Source of the DNA: Candidatus Methanoperedenaceae archaeon
GTDB taxonomy: Archaea; Halobacteriota; Methanosarcinia; Methanosarcinales; Methanoperedenaceae
DNA length: 28,699 nt
Assembly: GCA_963753595.1 (NCBI GenBank)
Contig: CAVWCX010000026.1
Span: 1 to 28,699, forward strand
Direction: 5' to 3'
Part shown: positions 8,815 through 18,889 of the stretch, in pieces
Position numbering within the stretch: position 1 is the first letter of the stretch
Layout: the number at the start of each line of letters is the position of its first letter
The notes under the pieces: generated by a model
What the model was told of the DNA's origin: nothing
The model's database searches: none
The model's input: the letters and a program-made list of their open reading frames with translations, nothing else
Made by a program: the position numbers and the translations under genes

Positions 8815-9891
8815 ATGAAGATCCTTATTTTTAATTGGCGCGACATAATGAACCCGGCGGCAGGCGGCGCGGAGGTTTTCACACATGAGAACGCGAAGCG
8901 TTTTGTGGAGAAAGGAAATGAGGTCACGCTGTTTACTTCTGCTTATCCGGGCTGTATGAAAGAAGAGGTCATAGATGGGATCAGGGTAGTACGGGACGGA
9001 GGAAAGTATTCGGTTTACTGGAAGGCCAGGGAATATTATAATAAATATTTCAAAGGAAAATTTGATATTGTGGTTGATGAGATAAACACAAGGCCTTTTT
9101 TTGCTCCTGAATTTGTAAATAATGGTGAGAAAGTGGTTGCGTTGATACATCAGCTTGCGAGAGAGTTCTGGTTTTATGAAACAGGATTTCCCGTTAATTA
9201 TATCGGCTACTATTTTCTTGAGAACAAGTGGCTTTCGAATTACAGGGACATTCCGACAATAACAGTCTCGGAATCAACAAAGGAAGACCTGATGACCCTG
9301 GGCTTCAATAAAGTATCAATCGTGTCCGAGGGGATAAATTTCAAACCCATCGAATCCATGCCTGAGAAAGAAAAAGAGCCCACTCTTATTTTTGTAGGAA
9401 GACTGAAAAAAGCAAAACTTCCGGACCATGCAATTTGGGCTTTTAAGATCATAAAGAAAAAGCTGCCGGATGCAAAGCTCTGGGTCGTGGGAGATGGCTA
9501 TTATCGAAAAGAACTTGAGAAAATATCCTGCAGTGGTGTAGAATTTTTTGGGTCGATCCAAAATGAAAAAAAGCTTTTACTCTTGTCCCGCGCGCATGCG
9601 ATCCTTGTCCCGGGTGTGCGGGAAGGCTGGGGGCTTGTTGTAACAGAAGCAAATGCAATGGGTACACCCGCAATAGGTTATGATGTGAACGGGCTTCGGG
9701 ATTCAATAAGAGATGGAAAGTCAGGGCTTCTGTGTGCTAATAATCCTGAAGCGATGGCGCAAAGAGCGCTTGAGCTGTTAGAGGATAATACGCTGCGAGA
9801 GAGGCTTTCCAGGGATGCACTTTCCTGGGCAGGGGAATTTAGCTGGGAGAAGAGCGCGGGGGAGTTTTTAAAGGCGGTGGGCGAGGAATGA
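8815..9891 (+). CDS. GT4 (GT-B) glycosyltransferase
   Basis: MKILIFNWRD..NPAAGGAE, FVGRL, EGWGLVVTEANAMGTP (EX7E motif). Confidence 0.92.
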   Translation: MKILIFNWRDIMNPAAGGAEVFTHENAKRFVEKGNEVTLFTSAYPGCMKEEVIDGIRVVRDGGKYSVYWKAREYYNKYFKGKFDIVVDEINTRPFFAPEFVNNGEKVVALIHQLAREFWFYETGFPVNYIGYYFLENKWLSNYRDIPTITVSESTKEDLMTLGFNKVSIVSEGINFKPIESMPEKEKEPTLIFVGRLKKAKLPDHAIWAFKIIKKKLPDAKLWVVGDGYYRKELEKISCSGVEFFGSIQNEKKLLLLSRAHAILVPGVREGWGLVVTEANAMGTPAIGYDVNGLRDSIRDGKSGLLCANNPEAMAQRALELLEDNTLRERLSRDALSWAGEFSWEKSAGEFLKAVGEE

Positions 9892-10694
9892 GTGAGCTTG
9901 TATCTGTAATCGTGCCTACGAAGAATTCGGCCGGTACAATTGAGATGTGTTTGAAGTCAATTAAGGATCAGACTTATCCTGATATAGAGATCATTGTGGT
10001 TGATAATTATTCCGAAGATAGAACGCAGGAGATAGCGAAAAGATACTCAAATGTTCTTTTAAAAGATTCAGAAAGAAGCGCTGCTCGCAACCATGGCGCA
10101 GAGACTGCGAAAGGAAATCATCTTGTTTTTATCGACTCAGATATGGAATTGACGCCAGGAGTGATCGAAGAGTGCATTCATAAAATATCAAAAGATGGAA
10201 CTGGTGCAGTCATCATTCCGGAAATTTCTGTTGGTGAGGGTTTCTGGACGCGATGCAAAGCCCTGGAACGCTCCTGTTACATTGGAGATGATACAATAGA
10301 GGCAGCACGGTTTTTTGGCAAAACAGTCTATTGGGAGTTGAATGGTTACGATGAAAAAATGGTCAGCGGGGAAGATTGGGATATATGCCAGAGAGCCAGG
10401 AGTGCAGGATATAAGATCAGCAGAGTTGATTCTTTGATCAAGCATCACGAAGGGCGGTTAAGTCTTTTGAAAACAATGAAGAAAAAATATTATTATGCCA
10501 AAACATTGCGTAATTACGTTAATAAAAATCCGGAAATGGCAAAGAAACAAATGGTTCTTATCAGGCCTGCTTTCATCAGGCACTGGCGGAACCTTCTGTA
10601 TGACCCGATGCACACCGCAGGATTCATGTTCATGAAATGCTGCGAGTTTGCGGCCAGTGGAGCAGGGATTGTTGTGAGTGAGGTAAGAGGATGA
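9888..10694 (+). CDS. GT2 glycosyltransferase
   Basis: VSVIVPTKN, VVDNYSED, SAARNHG, FIDSD, GEDWD. 4-bp overlap with the upstream gene. Confidence 0.92.
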   Translation: MSELVSVIVPTKNSAGTIEMCLKSIKDQTYPDIEIIVVDNYSEDRTQEIAKRYSNVLLKDSERSAARNHGAETAKGNHLVFIDSDMELTPGVIEECIHKISKDGTGAVIIPEISVGEGFWTRCKALERSCYIGDDTIEAARFFGKTVYWELNGYDEKMVSGEDWDICQRARSAGYKISRVDSLIKHHEGRLSLLKTMKKKYYYAKTLRNYVNKNPEMAKKQMVLIRPAFIRHWRNLLYDPMHTAGFMFMKCCEFAASGAGIVVSEVRG

Positions 10695-11707
10695 ATAATC
10701 CTCTGGTATCTATAATCATTGTTAATTGGAATGGACTTCGATATTTGAAGAACTGCTTTGACTCAATAATAAATCAAAATTATGAAAATTATGAAATTGT
10801 ATTTGTAGATAATGGCTCAACAGATAAATCCATTGAGTATATTAAAGCAAATTATCCCAGCACAATTATAATTAAAAATAATACTAATCTGGGTTTTGCT
10901 GAGGCAAATAATATCGGTGTGCATAAATCCAGAGGCGAATATCTGTTTTTACTAAATAATGACGCATGGGTTGAAAAAAACACAATTCAGGAACTAATAT
11001 CTACATATTCAAAGGTTGATAACTTAGGGATTGTTGGCTGCAAGATATTAAATCCGGACGGAACCATACAGGATCTGGGAAATAAAATCGATATATTGGG
11101 TTATCCGATCGGGATCAATAAAGAGATAACAGACGAGTTAATAACGAACCTTTTTTTTGTTAGCGGTTGTGCGCTATTTATGAAAAAAGAATTATTTAAT
11201 ATATTAAATGGATTTGATGAAAGATATTTTATGTTTATGGAAGAAACGGATTTATGTTGGAGAGCACGACTCCTGGGATATAAAATTGTTACAAACCGTA
11301 ATGCGCAAGTATTCCACTATGGCGGTGGATCCATAGTTGGCGGTATAAAAAAAGGAAAGCGCTATACAACACATATTAATAGGATTTATTTACGGGAAAG
11401 AAACACTCTGAATATGCTGCTAAAAAATTTGGAATCTAAAAATCTTGTATTCAGGATCAGTTTAAATTTATTTTTAAACCTGGCTGAATGCGGATTTTTT
11501 ATTTTCATGCTAAAACCAAAAGTCTCGTTTGTTTATATAAGGGCATTCTGGTGGAACATACTTAATTTAAAAGGCACAATGAAGAAGCGAAGAAGCATTC
11601 AACTATTTAGAAAAGTTAAAGACAGTGATTTGAAGGAATTTATTCAGGACAAAATAGTAAAATTATCCCTGATAAAAACAATTGGGATTCCCAATGTGGT
11701 TAACTAA
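10691..11707 (+). CDS. GT2 glycosyltransferase (WbbL/rhamnosyltransferase-like)
   Basis: SIIIVNWNG, VDNGSTD, NLGFAEANN, LLNNDA, GFDERYFMFMEETDLCWR. Confidence 0.9.
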   Translation: MNNPLVSIIIVNWNGLRYLKNCFDSIINQNYENYEIVFVDNGSTDKSIEYIKANYPSTIIIKNNTNLGFAEANNIGVHKSRGEYLFLLNNDAWVEKNTIQELISTYSKVDNLGIVGCKILNPDGTIQDLGNKIDILGYPIGINKEITDELITNLFFVSGCALFMKKELFNILNGFDERYFMFMEETDLCWRARLLGYKIVTNRNAQVFHYGGGSIVGGIKKGKRYTTHINRIYLRERNTLNMLLKNLESKNLVFRISLNLFLNLAECGFFIFMLKPKVSFVYIRAFWWNILNLKGTMKKRRSIQLFRKVKDSDLKEFIQDKIVKLSLIKTIGIPNVVN

Positions 11708-11867
11708 TGGATTCATACAGTTATAATAAATATAATTATAGCACACACAATAGATTATAGGTTGGATTACTCAAGGGATAGTCTAATAAATGCTAAAAAA
11801 ATATATAATAGCTATCGTGTATAATTTGAAATACCCTGGAAAAATTACCATATGTCCTGGTGCCTGA

Positions 11868-14015
11868 ATGAGAACTGTTTTATTAAAATATAAATATATA
11901 ATTATATTACTATTAATTGCGTTTTTTACTCACTTGAGCTGGTTCAATCTTTTTAATATATTAACATATTCAGATTGGAATTATTGGCCGGATGAAGCCG
12001 TTATACAGTTATTTTCTTCATATGGGACATGGATAAATTTCTGGAATTTCGGGTCAGTAAATATTCAATTACAATTTAATTTATTTAAATTTCTCTGGGC
12101 TTTTTTTGCAAATTCAGGTTTAAGTTATGATCAGGCAGCTAAAATTACCTTCTTAATTCCAATCGCAATATTTGGTTTTCTCTCCCCTTATTTTTTATCA
12201 AAAAAATTATTTGGGGATAGTCTCATTTCATTTACGGTTGCTATTTTTTATGGAACGACCACCCACTTTTTAATACGACAAACTGCTCACCTTACCATAG
12301 CGTTCATTTATTCAATTGCCCCGGTTATTTTACTCTTATTTATTTATGCTCTCGAAAAAAACAGGTTATCCAGCTGGATACTATTTTCTCTTGTATACTC
12401 TATTGGACTTGGGTATGAAACCAGGATTATGTATATTGTAACATTTATACTATTTTTTTATTTTTTGTTATTCCAATCAACAAAATGGAATAATTTGTAT
12501 AAGAATATAATAATAACATGTTTAATTATTGCCTTATTAAATTCATTCTGGATCCTTCCGATTTTTTTAGGGGGGGGTTTTAATGAGGCGCAAGGTGTCT
12601 TTAACAGGGGATTATTCGGTAATGACTTATTCAGTTTAACAAAAGCTTTCACTATTTTTGAGAGTTCCTGGACGGGATATTTTCCAAATATGTCCTTTGT
12701 GCCTCAACCGGTTATCTGGTATTTTTGGGCTTTTCCGATAATCGCCTTTTCTGCTTTATTGATCAATTCAAAAAACGAGCACCATAAAAGAGGAATTATC
12801 TTTTTTTCTATTTTATCTTTGACAGGCATATTTTTAACTAAACAATCAGCAGAACCTTTTCCAGCAGTGTATCTCTGGCTGTATGATAATTTCCCCGGAT
12901 TTAATTTATTCAGGGAAGCTTCTAAGTTTTATTTAATTACGGCAATTGGATATTTTGGTTTATCAGGGTATGCGCTTATTCTAATTAAAGAGAATAAAAA
13001 AATCAGTAAAGTGATATTTTACGGTTTAATATTGATTATTATTCTATTTTCTATGGTGAATTTAAAACCTCTTATTACAGGAGAAATCGGGACTATGTTT
13101 GTTCCGCGTGAGGTTCCAAAAGACTATCTGGTTTTTAAGGATGATATTATAAAGCAGCCAGAATATTTTAGGACTCTATGGGTCCCGGTCTCTTCACGGT
13201 GGAGCATTTATGCGAATAATCATCCCAAGGCAAACACAGTTGAATTAATTCAATCTGAATGGAAGGGCTATATGAATTATGAACTGAAAGGTTATAATTG
13301 GCCAGTTAATGAGCAGATAACATATATATTTAAAAATAATATGGCTGACAATCTTTTAGATGTTTCTTCAATAAAATATGTAGTTATTCCAATCCAGGAT
13401 ATAGCTAATGACGATGATTTCTTTAGCTTTTACGGAAAAAGGGATTATTTCATTCAAGAAATGAGAACAATAAATTATTTAAACGAAATTAATATAGGGA
13501 CAAAAGAATTATTGTTATTCGAAAATAAGGGTTATTTAGGTCATTTTTATATATCATCGGTCAATCAATCTTTAGGGAAATTAGATAAAAGCAAGATTTC
13601 CAGCATGAAATATGAATTCGTGAATCCAGCTGAATACAAAATATATTTTGAATCCGGTGACCCTTTCTACCTCTACTTTTCAGAAGCCTTTAACCCTAAT
13701 TGGATATTAGTTCAAAATATTAATTGGTATAAAGATGAGAATAAGTTGTTTGATAAAACTCATTTCAAAGCGTTTAGTTTCCTTAATGGCTGGTATATTA
13801 AACCAGACGAATTAACTAAAAATAAAGCTGGTTCCTACGAATTAACACTGTATTTCAAACCACAGTCATATTTTTATATTGGACTTTTCCTGGCCTGGAC
13901 TACTTTGATCGGATGTTTTAGTTATTTGATCCGAGATTGGCGAAAAAGAAGGAAGAGTGCAGTAAGTAGTACAGATAGCGGAGAAAATAATAAAATGAAT
14001 CCTGAAAAAATATAA
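11868..14015 (+). CDS. Polytopic membrane protein, probable GT-C-fold glycosyltransferase (DUF3367/YfhO-like)
   Basis: More than 10 hydrophobic segments, early loop with acidic residues (YSDWNYWPDE), LLNSFWILP, FPGFNLFREASKF, extracellular domain with FSEAFNPNW/LNGWYI, terminal TM helix; located in a GT cluster. Confidence 0.65.
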   Translation: MRTVLLKYKYIIILLLIAFFTHLSWFNLFNILTYSDWNYWPDEAVIQLFSSYGTWINFWNFGSVNIQLQFNLFKFLWAFFANSGLSYDQAAKITFLIPIAIFGFLSPYFLSKKLFGDSLISFTVAIFYGTTTHFLIRQTAHLTIAFIYSIAPVILLLFIYALEKNRLSSWILFSLVYSIGLGYETRIMYIVTFILFFYFLLFQSTKWNNLYKNIIITCLIIALLNSFWILPIFLGGGFNEAQGVFNRGLFGNDLFSLTKAFTIFESSWTGYFPNMSFVPQPVIWYFWAFPIIAFSALLINSKNEHHKRGIIFFSILSLTGIFLTKQSAEPFPAVYLWLYDNFPGFNLFREASKFYLITAIGYFGLSGYALILIKENKKISKVIFYGLILIIILFSMVNLKPLITGEIGTMFVPREVPKDYLVFKDDIIKQPEYFRTLWVPVSSRWSIYANNHPKANTVELIQSEWKGYMNYELKGYNWPVNEQITYIFKNNMADNLLDVSSIKYVVIPIQDIANDDDFFSFYGKRDYFIQEMRTINYLNEINIGTKELLLFENKGYLGHFYISSVNQSLGKLDKSKISSMKYEFVNPAEYKIYFESGDPFYLYFSEAFNPNWILVQNINWYKDENKLFDKTHFKAFSFLNGWYIKPDELTKNKAGSYELTLYFKPQSYFYIGLFLAWTTLIGCFSYLIRDWRKRRKSAVSSTDSGENNKMNPEKI

Positions 14016-14146
14016 GCTAAAGCTGCATATAACTATGGCATAAAAGGTAGCTACAGCTTCTTTTATTTAATTAAATTGACATACATTCCAGCAAGAAATG
14101 CAAAGTTATAAGTAATGATTAAACATCGTTAATAATCCTGATCAAT

Positions 14147-15304
14147 ATGACCAATTATTCCAAAAACAACTTAATGAAATTCATCAATCATAAACCAGGT
14201 GACATAGAGATATGTGATGTCACTTTGCGGGATGGTGAACAGACTCCCGGTGTGGCTTTTTCGAAACAGGAAAAAATCGCGATCGCCGAGAAACTTGACA
14301 GTATTGGCGTCGATGTTATTGAGGCCGGATTCCCGGTAGTATCGGCAGCTGAAGAAGCCGCCGTCCGTGAAATAGCACACCTTGGGCTTGATGCAAAGAT
14401 ATGCTGTCTTGCACGCTCAGTTGCAAAAGATGTGGATACAGCGCTCAAATGCGATGTGGATTTTGTAAGCATCTTCATAGCGACATCCGACCTGCATCTT
14501 AAATACAAATACCATAAGACATTTGAAGAGGCTACATCCTGCGCCCTTGATGTGCTGGATTATGCCAAAGATCACGGCCTTATCGTTCGTTTTGCCGCTG
14601 AAGATGCGACCCGCACGGATATCAGGGTCTTGAAGTCCATTTTCAAGTCAGCGGAAGATCACGGCGCTGATTATGTCAGTATCGCCGACACGGTAGGAAT
14701 ATTGAATCCAAGCACGGCGTTCTACCTTGTCAGTGAGATAAAGAAAACAATAAAAACCAAGTTGTGTATCCATTGCCATAACGACCTGGGAATGGCTGTT
14801 GCGAACACGCTAAGCGGTGCCGAGGCAGGAGCTTTCCAGCTCCATACCACGGTCAATGGGATCGGAGAACGTTGCGGCAATGCCGCTCTTGAGGAATTGC
14901 TGGTGAGCCTGCGCGTTCAATACGGTATTGAGAAATATGACGTAAGCAAATTGATGGAGCTTTCAAAGCTCGTGGAACAATATACGGAAATACCGATCCC
15001 AAAAACAAAAGCGATCGTGGGAGCAAATGCATTTGCCCATGAATCAGGGATACACGTTGCTGCCGTTCTTGAAGAACCCATGACATATGAACTGTTCGCT
15101 CCTGAAATGGTAGGCGCCAAACGGGAAATAATTATCGGGAAACACACAGGTTCGAAGGCCTTAAAGGGTGTAGTGCAAAAAATGGGATATGATCTCACGC
15201 ATGAGCAGATGTCCACGCTTCTGGATAAGGTCAAGAAATGCAGCGAGGCCAAGAAAAAGGTATCGTGCGGCAGGCTTTCTGAGTTTATAAAGGAACTTGA
15301 GTGA
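14147..15304 (+). CDS. aksA: Homocitrate synthase family protein (AksA, coenzyme B chain elongation)
   Basis: DVTLRDGEQTPG, HCHNDLG, NGIGERCGNA, AFAHESGIH, GKHTG. At 385 aa it lacks the LeuA/CimA regulatory domain. Confidence 0.8.
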   Translation: MTNYSKNNLMKFINHKPGDIEICDVTLRDGEQTPGVAFSKQEKIAIAEKLDSIGVDVIEAGFPVVSAAEEAAVREIAHLGLDAKICCLARSVAKDVDTALKCDVDFVSIFIATSDLHLKYKYHKTFEEATSCALDVLDYAKDHGLIVRFAAEDATRTDIRVLKSIFKSAEDHGADYVSIADTVGILNPSTAFYLVSEIKKTIKTKLCIHCHNDLGMAVANTLSGAEAGAFQLHTTVNGIGERCGNAALEELLVSLRVQYGIEKYDVSKLMELSKLVEQYTEIPIPKTKAIVGANAFAHESGIHVAAVLEEPMTYELFAPEMVGAKREIIIGKHTGSKALKGVVQKMGYDLTHEQMSTLLDKVKKCSEAKKKVSCGRLSEFIKELE

Positions 15305-15341
15305 ACTGATTTGAGATTCAAAAAATGGGAGTGTATATGCT

Positions 15342-15530
15342 ATGGATAAAAATAAGAAGAAGCCTGAAAAGGAACATGTTCCTGGTGTAGGTGAGAAAGA
15401 ACAACGCGAGTATGAACATATCAAAGAGTCGGCAGAAGAATCAGGTCGCTATGGAGAACGGGCTAAGGAAGTAGCTGCAAGAACTGTTCTGAAACACCAC
15501 ACAGAGAGAGGTCATAAAAAAGGTGAATAG
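15342..15530 (+). CDS. Small highly charged hypothetical protein
   Basis: 62 aa, GGGAG upstream. REYEHIKES...RAKEVAARTV resembles a conserved uncharacterised small-protein family (from memory). Confidence 0.65.
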   Translation: MDKNKKKPEKEHVPGVGEKEQREYEHIKESAEESGRYGERAKEVAARTVLKHHTERGHKKGE

Positions 15531-15598
15531 GCAAGACCGACAACTTGACGTACTGTTTTTTATAATTTCCTATGCTTTAAATCTTCAAAGAAAGGAGA

Positions 15599-16084
15599 TT
15601 ATTTCCCTTTCTTTCTGATAATTGCCACATCCCCAAGCGTGGTTCCCCTTATGAACCCGCCGCCCCTCTGGTCTTTCGAAGATACCCTTTCAGTAAGTTT
15701 GATATTTAATGTGGTTTCAAGCTTCCTTCTGACTGTATCCTCGGGTATAAGCTCTTCACGTTCGATCTTCCTGATCAGTGTAGCTTTTTCCATCATCCTG
15801 GAGGCGAGATCTTCGATGGTCAATCCCTGGGATTCCCTTGCTTTCTTGATGACCTGCGCATAATCCGGCAGGATCTCATCCTCGAGTTTATCAAAAGCAT
15901 CTCTTTTTGGCCTGTGTGTCACTATTACCCTTTCTGTCGGATCCATTTTTCTTGACACCGGCGTCCACTTATCCTGCGGTTTTCCATATTGGGCGCATTT
16001 GCTGCAGACATCCAGGACAGTCCCTTCGACAGTCACACGAATAGGATTTCCCTTTATATTAGTACCACAAATTTCACATTCCAT
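15599..16084 (-). CDS. mbf1: Archaeal multiprotein bridging factor 1 (zinc ribbon + HTH)
   Basis: MECEICG...VCSKC zinc ribbon, [20 protein letters not shown]-terminal TLGD motif; adjacent to pan. Confidence 0.92.
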   Translation of the reverse strand: MECEICGTNIKGNPIRVTVEGTVLDVCSKCAQYGKPQDKWTPVSRKMDPTERVIVTHRPKRDAFDKLEDEILPDYAQVIKKARESQGLTIEDLASRMMEKATLIRKIEREELIPEDTVRRKLETTLNIKLTERVSSKDQRGGGFIRGTTLGDVAIIRKKGK

Positions 16085-16136
16085 CACATCATCTCGGCGA
16101 AAACTCTATATACCGTCCACGCTTAAATATCATTCG
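16085..16136. promoter_or_regulatory. Compact divergent promoter region between mbf1 and pan
   Basis: 52-bp spacer with CTATATA (16106-16112, about 25 bp before the pan ATG) and a minus-strand TTTAAG-like box (complement of GCTTAAATAT, 16121-16130). Confidence 0.45.
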
Positions 16137-17378
16137 ATGTCAGAATCCCAGGATAATACCCAGGAAAGCCCGGTTTCGATGGGGAACAATGATTTTTCAC
16201 GCTACCTGATGGACAGGATAAAAATGCTTGAGGAAAGGAATACTCTCCTCAGGGAACAGGCCAATAAGGTAGAAATGGAAAAGCGTTTTACAGAGAGCCA
16301 GGTGCTTAACTACGAAAGAGAGATACGGCAGCTAAAGAGTGAACTTGAGAGAATAAAAACCCCTCCGCTTGTTGTGGGTACGGTTGTGGATGTCCTCGAT
16401 GGCGGGAAAGTGATTATCAGGAGCAGTACAGGCCCCCAGTTTGTCGTCGGATCAACCCAGTTGATCAATAACTCAGAACTTGTGCCTGGAACTTCAGTTT
16501 CTTTAAATTACCAGAGCCTGGCTGTTGTCGGGATCCTTCCGTCTTCACGAGACCCGTTCGTACACGGTATGGAGGTCATCGAATCCCCTAACGTTTCGTA
16601 TTCGGATATAGGGGGTCTTGAGGAACCGATCCGTGAACTTCGTGAGACTGTTGAACTGCCGCTTACAAAACCTGAGGTATTCGAACGTATCGGAATTGAG
16701 CCTCCCAAGGGCATATTGTTATATGGCGCACCGGGAACGGGAAAATCGCTACTTGCAAAAGCTGTCGCAAGCCAGACAAAAGCGACATTCATAAGGATCG
16801 TAGGTTCGGAACTCGTGCAAAAATATATTGGTGAAGGTGCGCGGCTTGTAAGGGACCTTTTCAAAATGGCAAAAGAAAAATCACCCAGCATTATATTCAT
16901 TGACGAACTTGATTCCATAGGAGCAAAAAGAATTGACTCGGCTACATCCGGGGATCGTGAAGTCCAGCGCACATTGATGCAGCTGCTATCAGAAATGGAT
17001 GGATTTAATCCCAGGGGAAATGTCAGGATCATCGCGGCAACCAACAGGCCGGATATTCTTGATCTTGCTCTTCTGCGCCCCGGACGATTTGACCGTTTCA
17101 TCTCTATCCCGATGCCTAACAAGGATGCCCGGAAAATGATCCTTAAAATTCATTCCAGGAAAATGAAGCTATCAGAAGAAGTTGATTTTGATGAGCTTTC
17201 CTCACTTACTGATGGTGCGAATGGTTCCGATCTGAAGGCGATCGCAATGGAAGCAGGAATGTTCGCAGTAAGAGAGGAGCGTTTTGGTGTTGGAATGGAG
17301 GACTTCCAAAAAGCTATAAGAAAATTGTTGATCGCTCCCACCAAGTTGAACCTGCATTCAGAAGGCATGTTTGTCTGA
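16137..17378 (+). CDS. pan: Proteasome-activating nucleotidase
   Basis: Coiled coil, PPLVVG, Walker A GAPGTGKS, pore loop KYIGEG, Walker [16 protein letters not shown]-terminal MFV. Start moved to ATG 16137 to avoid overlap with mbf1. Confidence 0.95.
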   Translation: MSESQDNTQESPVSMGNNDFSRYLMDRIKMLEERNTLLREQANKVEMEKRFTESQVLNYEREIRQLKSELERIKTPPLVVGTVVDVLDGGKVIIRSSTGPQFVVGSTQLINNSELVPGTSVSLNYQSLAVVGILPSSRDPFVHGMEVIESPNVSYSDIGGLEEPIRELRETVELPLTKPEVFERIGIEPPKGILLYGAPGTGKSLLAKAVASQTKATFIRIVGSELVQKYIGEGARLVRDLFKMAKEKSPSIIFIDELDSIGAKRIDSATSGDREVQRTLMQLLSEMDGFNPRGNVRIIAATNRPDILDLALLRPGRFDRFISIPMPNKDARKMILKIHSRKMKLSEEVDFDELSSLTDGANGSDLKAIAMEAGMFAVREERFGVGMEDFQKAIRKLLIAPTKLNLHSEGMFV

Positions 17379-17441
17379 ATGAGGGATGGTAATCTATTTC
17401 TTGGTAGTTGTTTATAGTGCAAAGAATTTGTTGAGGAATTA

Positions 17442-17810
17442 ATGGATACTATCGCGGATATGCTTGAAAAGATCCTTGATGACTTGCAGTCAGTCGGGGG
17501 GGTCGAACTTTGCGCTATAGTTTCAAAACAGGGGTTGCTGATGGTTTCCAGGGAAGCAAGCCAGGAACTTGATAGTGAAGCATTCGCTGCTTTAACTGCT
17601 ACATTATATATGTCGGCTGAATCCACCACAATGCGATTGAGCAAACAGAAACCAAAATCCATAATTGTCCAGACTGAAGATAAGCAGCTTATAACATATG
17701 CGGCGGGTCCCGATGCTTTGATAGTTGTTCTTGTCGGGAACGAAGGTTATATTGGCCTGATCTTGAGCGAAATGAGAAAAGCTGCAGAAAAAGCTATGAA
17801 AGTAATATAA
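17442..17810 (+). CDS. Roadblock/LC7 domain protein
   Basis: CAIVSKQGLLMVS, FAALTATLYMSAE, AAGPDALIVV; GAGG SD. Confidence 0.88.
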   Translation: MDTIADMLEKILDDLQSVGGVELCAIVSKQGLLMVSREASQELDSEAFAALTATLYMSAESTTMRLSKQKPKSIIVQTEDKQLITYAAGPDALIVVLVGNEGYIGLILSEMRKAAEKAMKVI

Positions 17811-17847
17811 AAACTCGAAAACTATAATATTGGGAGAGGATAACAAT

Positions 17848-18312
17848 ATGGAGAAGATTTCAATTTCAGCAGATGGATTTAAAGAGGGGGGCACGATACC
17901 TGACGAATTTACATGTAAGGGCAAGGATATTTCACCTTCACTTTACTGGGAAGGGATACCTGCGGGGGCGAAGAGCATTTCATTGATTATGGATGACCCG
18001 GATGCCCGGGGAGGGGCATTCGTGCACTGGGTGCTGTATAACATACCCGGGCAGACTTTGATGCTGCCAAAAGGCATACCTCATAACCAGACGCTTGCTG
18101 ATGGAAGCATGCAGGGTATGACTGATTTTGGACGCGCAGGTTACGGCGGCCCCTGTCCTCCACCCGGAAAACCGCACAGGTATTATTTTAAAGTGTATGC
18201 TCTTGATATTAAACTCGAACTGCCGCCGGGCGTTTCAAAGACTCAGTTTGAGAACGCAATGAAGGGTCACATACTGGCCAGCGGCGAACTGATGGGTAAA
18301 TATCAGAGATAG
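17848..18312 (+). CDS. YbhB/YbcL family (PEBP/Raf kinase inhibitor-like) protein
   Basis: DISPSLYW, IMDDPDA, FVHWVLYNIP, GYGGPCPP, HRYYFKVYALD. Confidence 0.93.
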   Translation: MEKISISADGFKEGGTIPDEFTCKGKDISPSLYWEGIPAGAKSISLIMDDPDARGGAFVHWVLYNIPGQTLMLPKGIPHNQTLADGSMQGMTDFGRAGYGGPCPPPGKPHRYYFKVYALDIKLELPPGVSKTQFENAMKGHILASGELMGKYQR

Positions 18313-18353
18313 ATTGACAGGGTTACGTAACGTCTTAGTGTAAATTATAACAT

Positions 18354-18848
18354 TTACCATTTATCCCACCTTTGCCTACTATTTCTTAATTCATTTAGCT
18401 TTTCATTTATATCATATTCTAATACACAAAAGTTATTCATAGAATGGTTTTGAGGGTTGCCCAATACTCTCTTTATAAGTTGCTGTAATTTAAAATCATA
18501 GTTATAATTAGATTTTTTTTCTATATCTTCGAGGGTTTTTTCTAAAGTATATAGTTCTTGTGTGCGCTTATTAAAATCAGAATTAAGTACTATTGTTTCT
18601 TTAAATTTTTTTAGTTCTTTAGATGTAGGTTCATAGAGATTATGCCATCGGTCATCTATTTCTTTTAATTCTCTATTAAATATCCATTTTAATAAATATG
18701 ATAATGCACTAATTCCACTTACCCCCTTTAAAATTAATAGAATTCCAGCCCATAAAATCATGACTCCAGAATCGATATAAACAAACACTATAATAACTAA
18801 TGATACTATCAAAAATATTGCTATTTTGGTGATTCTTTTTAATTCCAT
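18354..18848 (-). CDS. Hypothetical passenger protein, two N-terminal TM helices plus charged helical domain
   Basis: 164-aa ORF inside the TIRs, co-oriented with the transposase. Confidence 0.7.
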   Translation of the reverse strand: MELKRITKIAIFLIVSLVIIVFVYIDSGVMILWAGILLILKGVSGISALSYLLKWIFNRELKEIDDRWHNLYEPTSKELKKFKETIVLNSDFNKRTQELYTLEKTLEDIEKKSNYNYDFKLQQLIKRVLGNPQNHSMNNFCVLEYDINEKLNELRNSRQRWDKW

Positions 18849-18889
18849 AAAGAATTGATATTTGCTTATTCATAATAAACTCCATCATT

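Noticed and set aside
14015-14070. Imperfect inverted repeat AAGCTAAAGCTGC / GTAGCTACAGCTT before a T-rich tract
   Set aside because: Only 10 of 13 positions match with a long loop; possibly a terminator but too weak to call.
15999-16136. 46-aa N-terminal extension of PAN in the ORF track
   Set aside because: Begins at a TTG inside mbf1 on the opposite strand; ATG 16137 gives a normal-length PAN.
17360-17378. PAN ends in MFV rather than canonical HbYX
   Set aside because: Phe in the penultimate position is a known variant in archaeal PANs; not novel.
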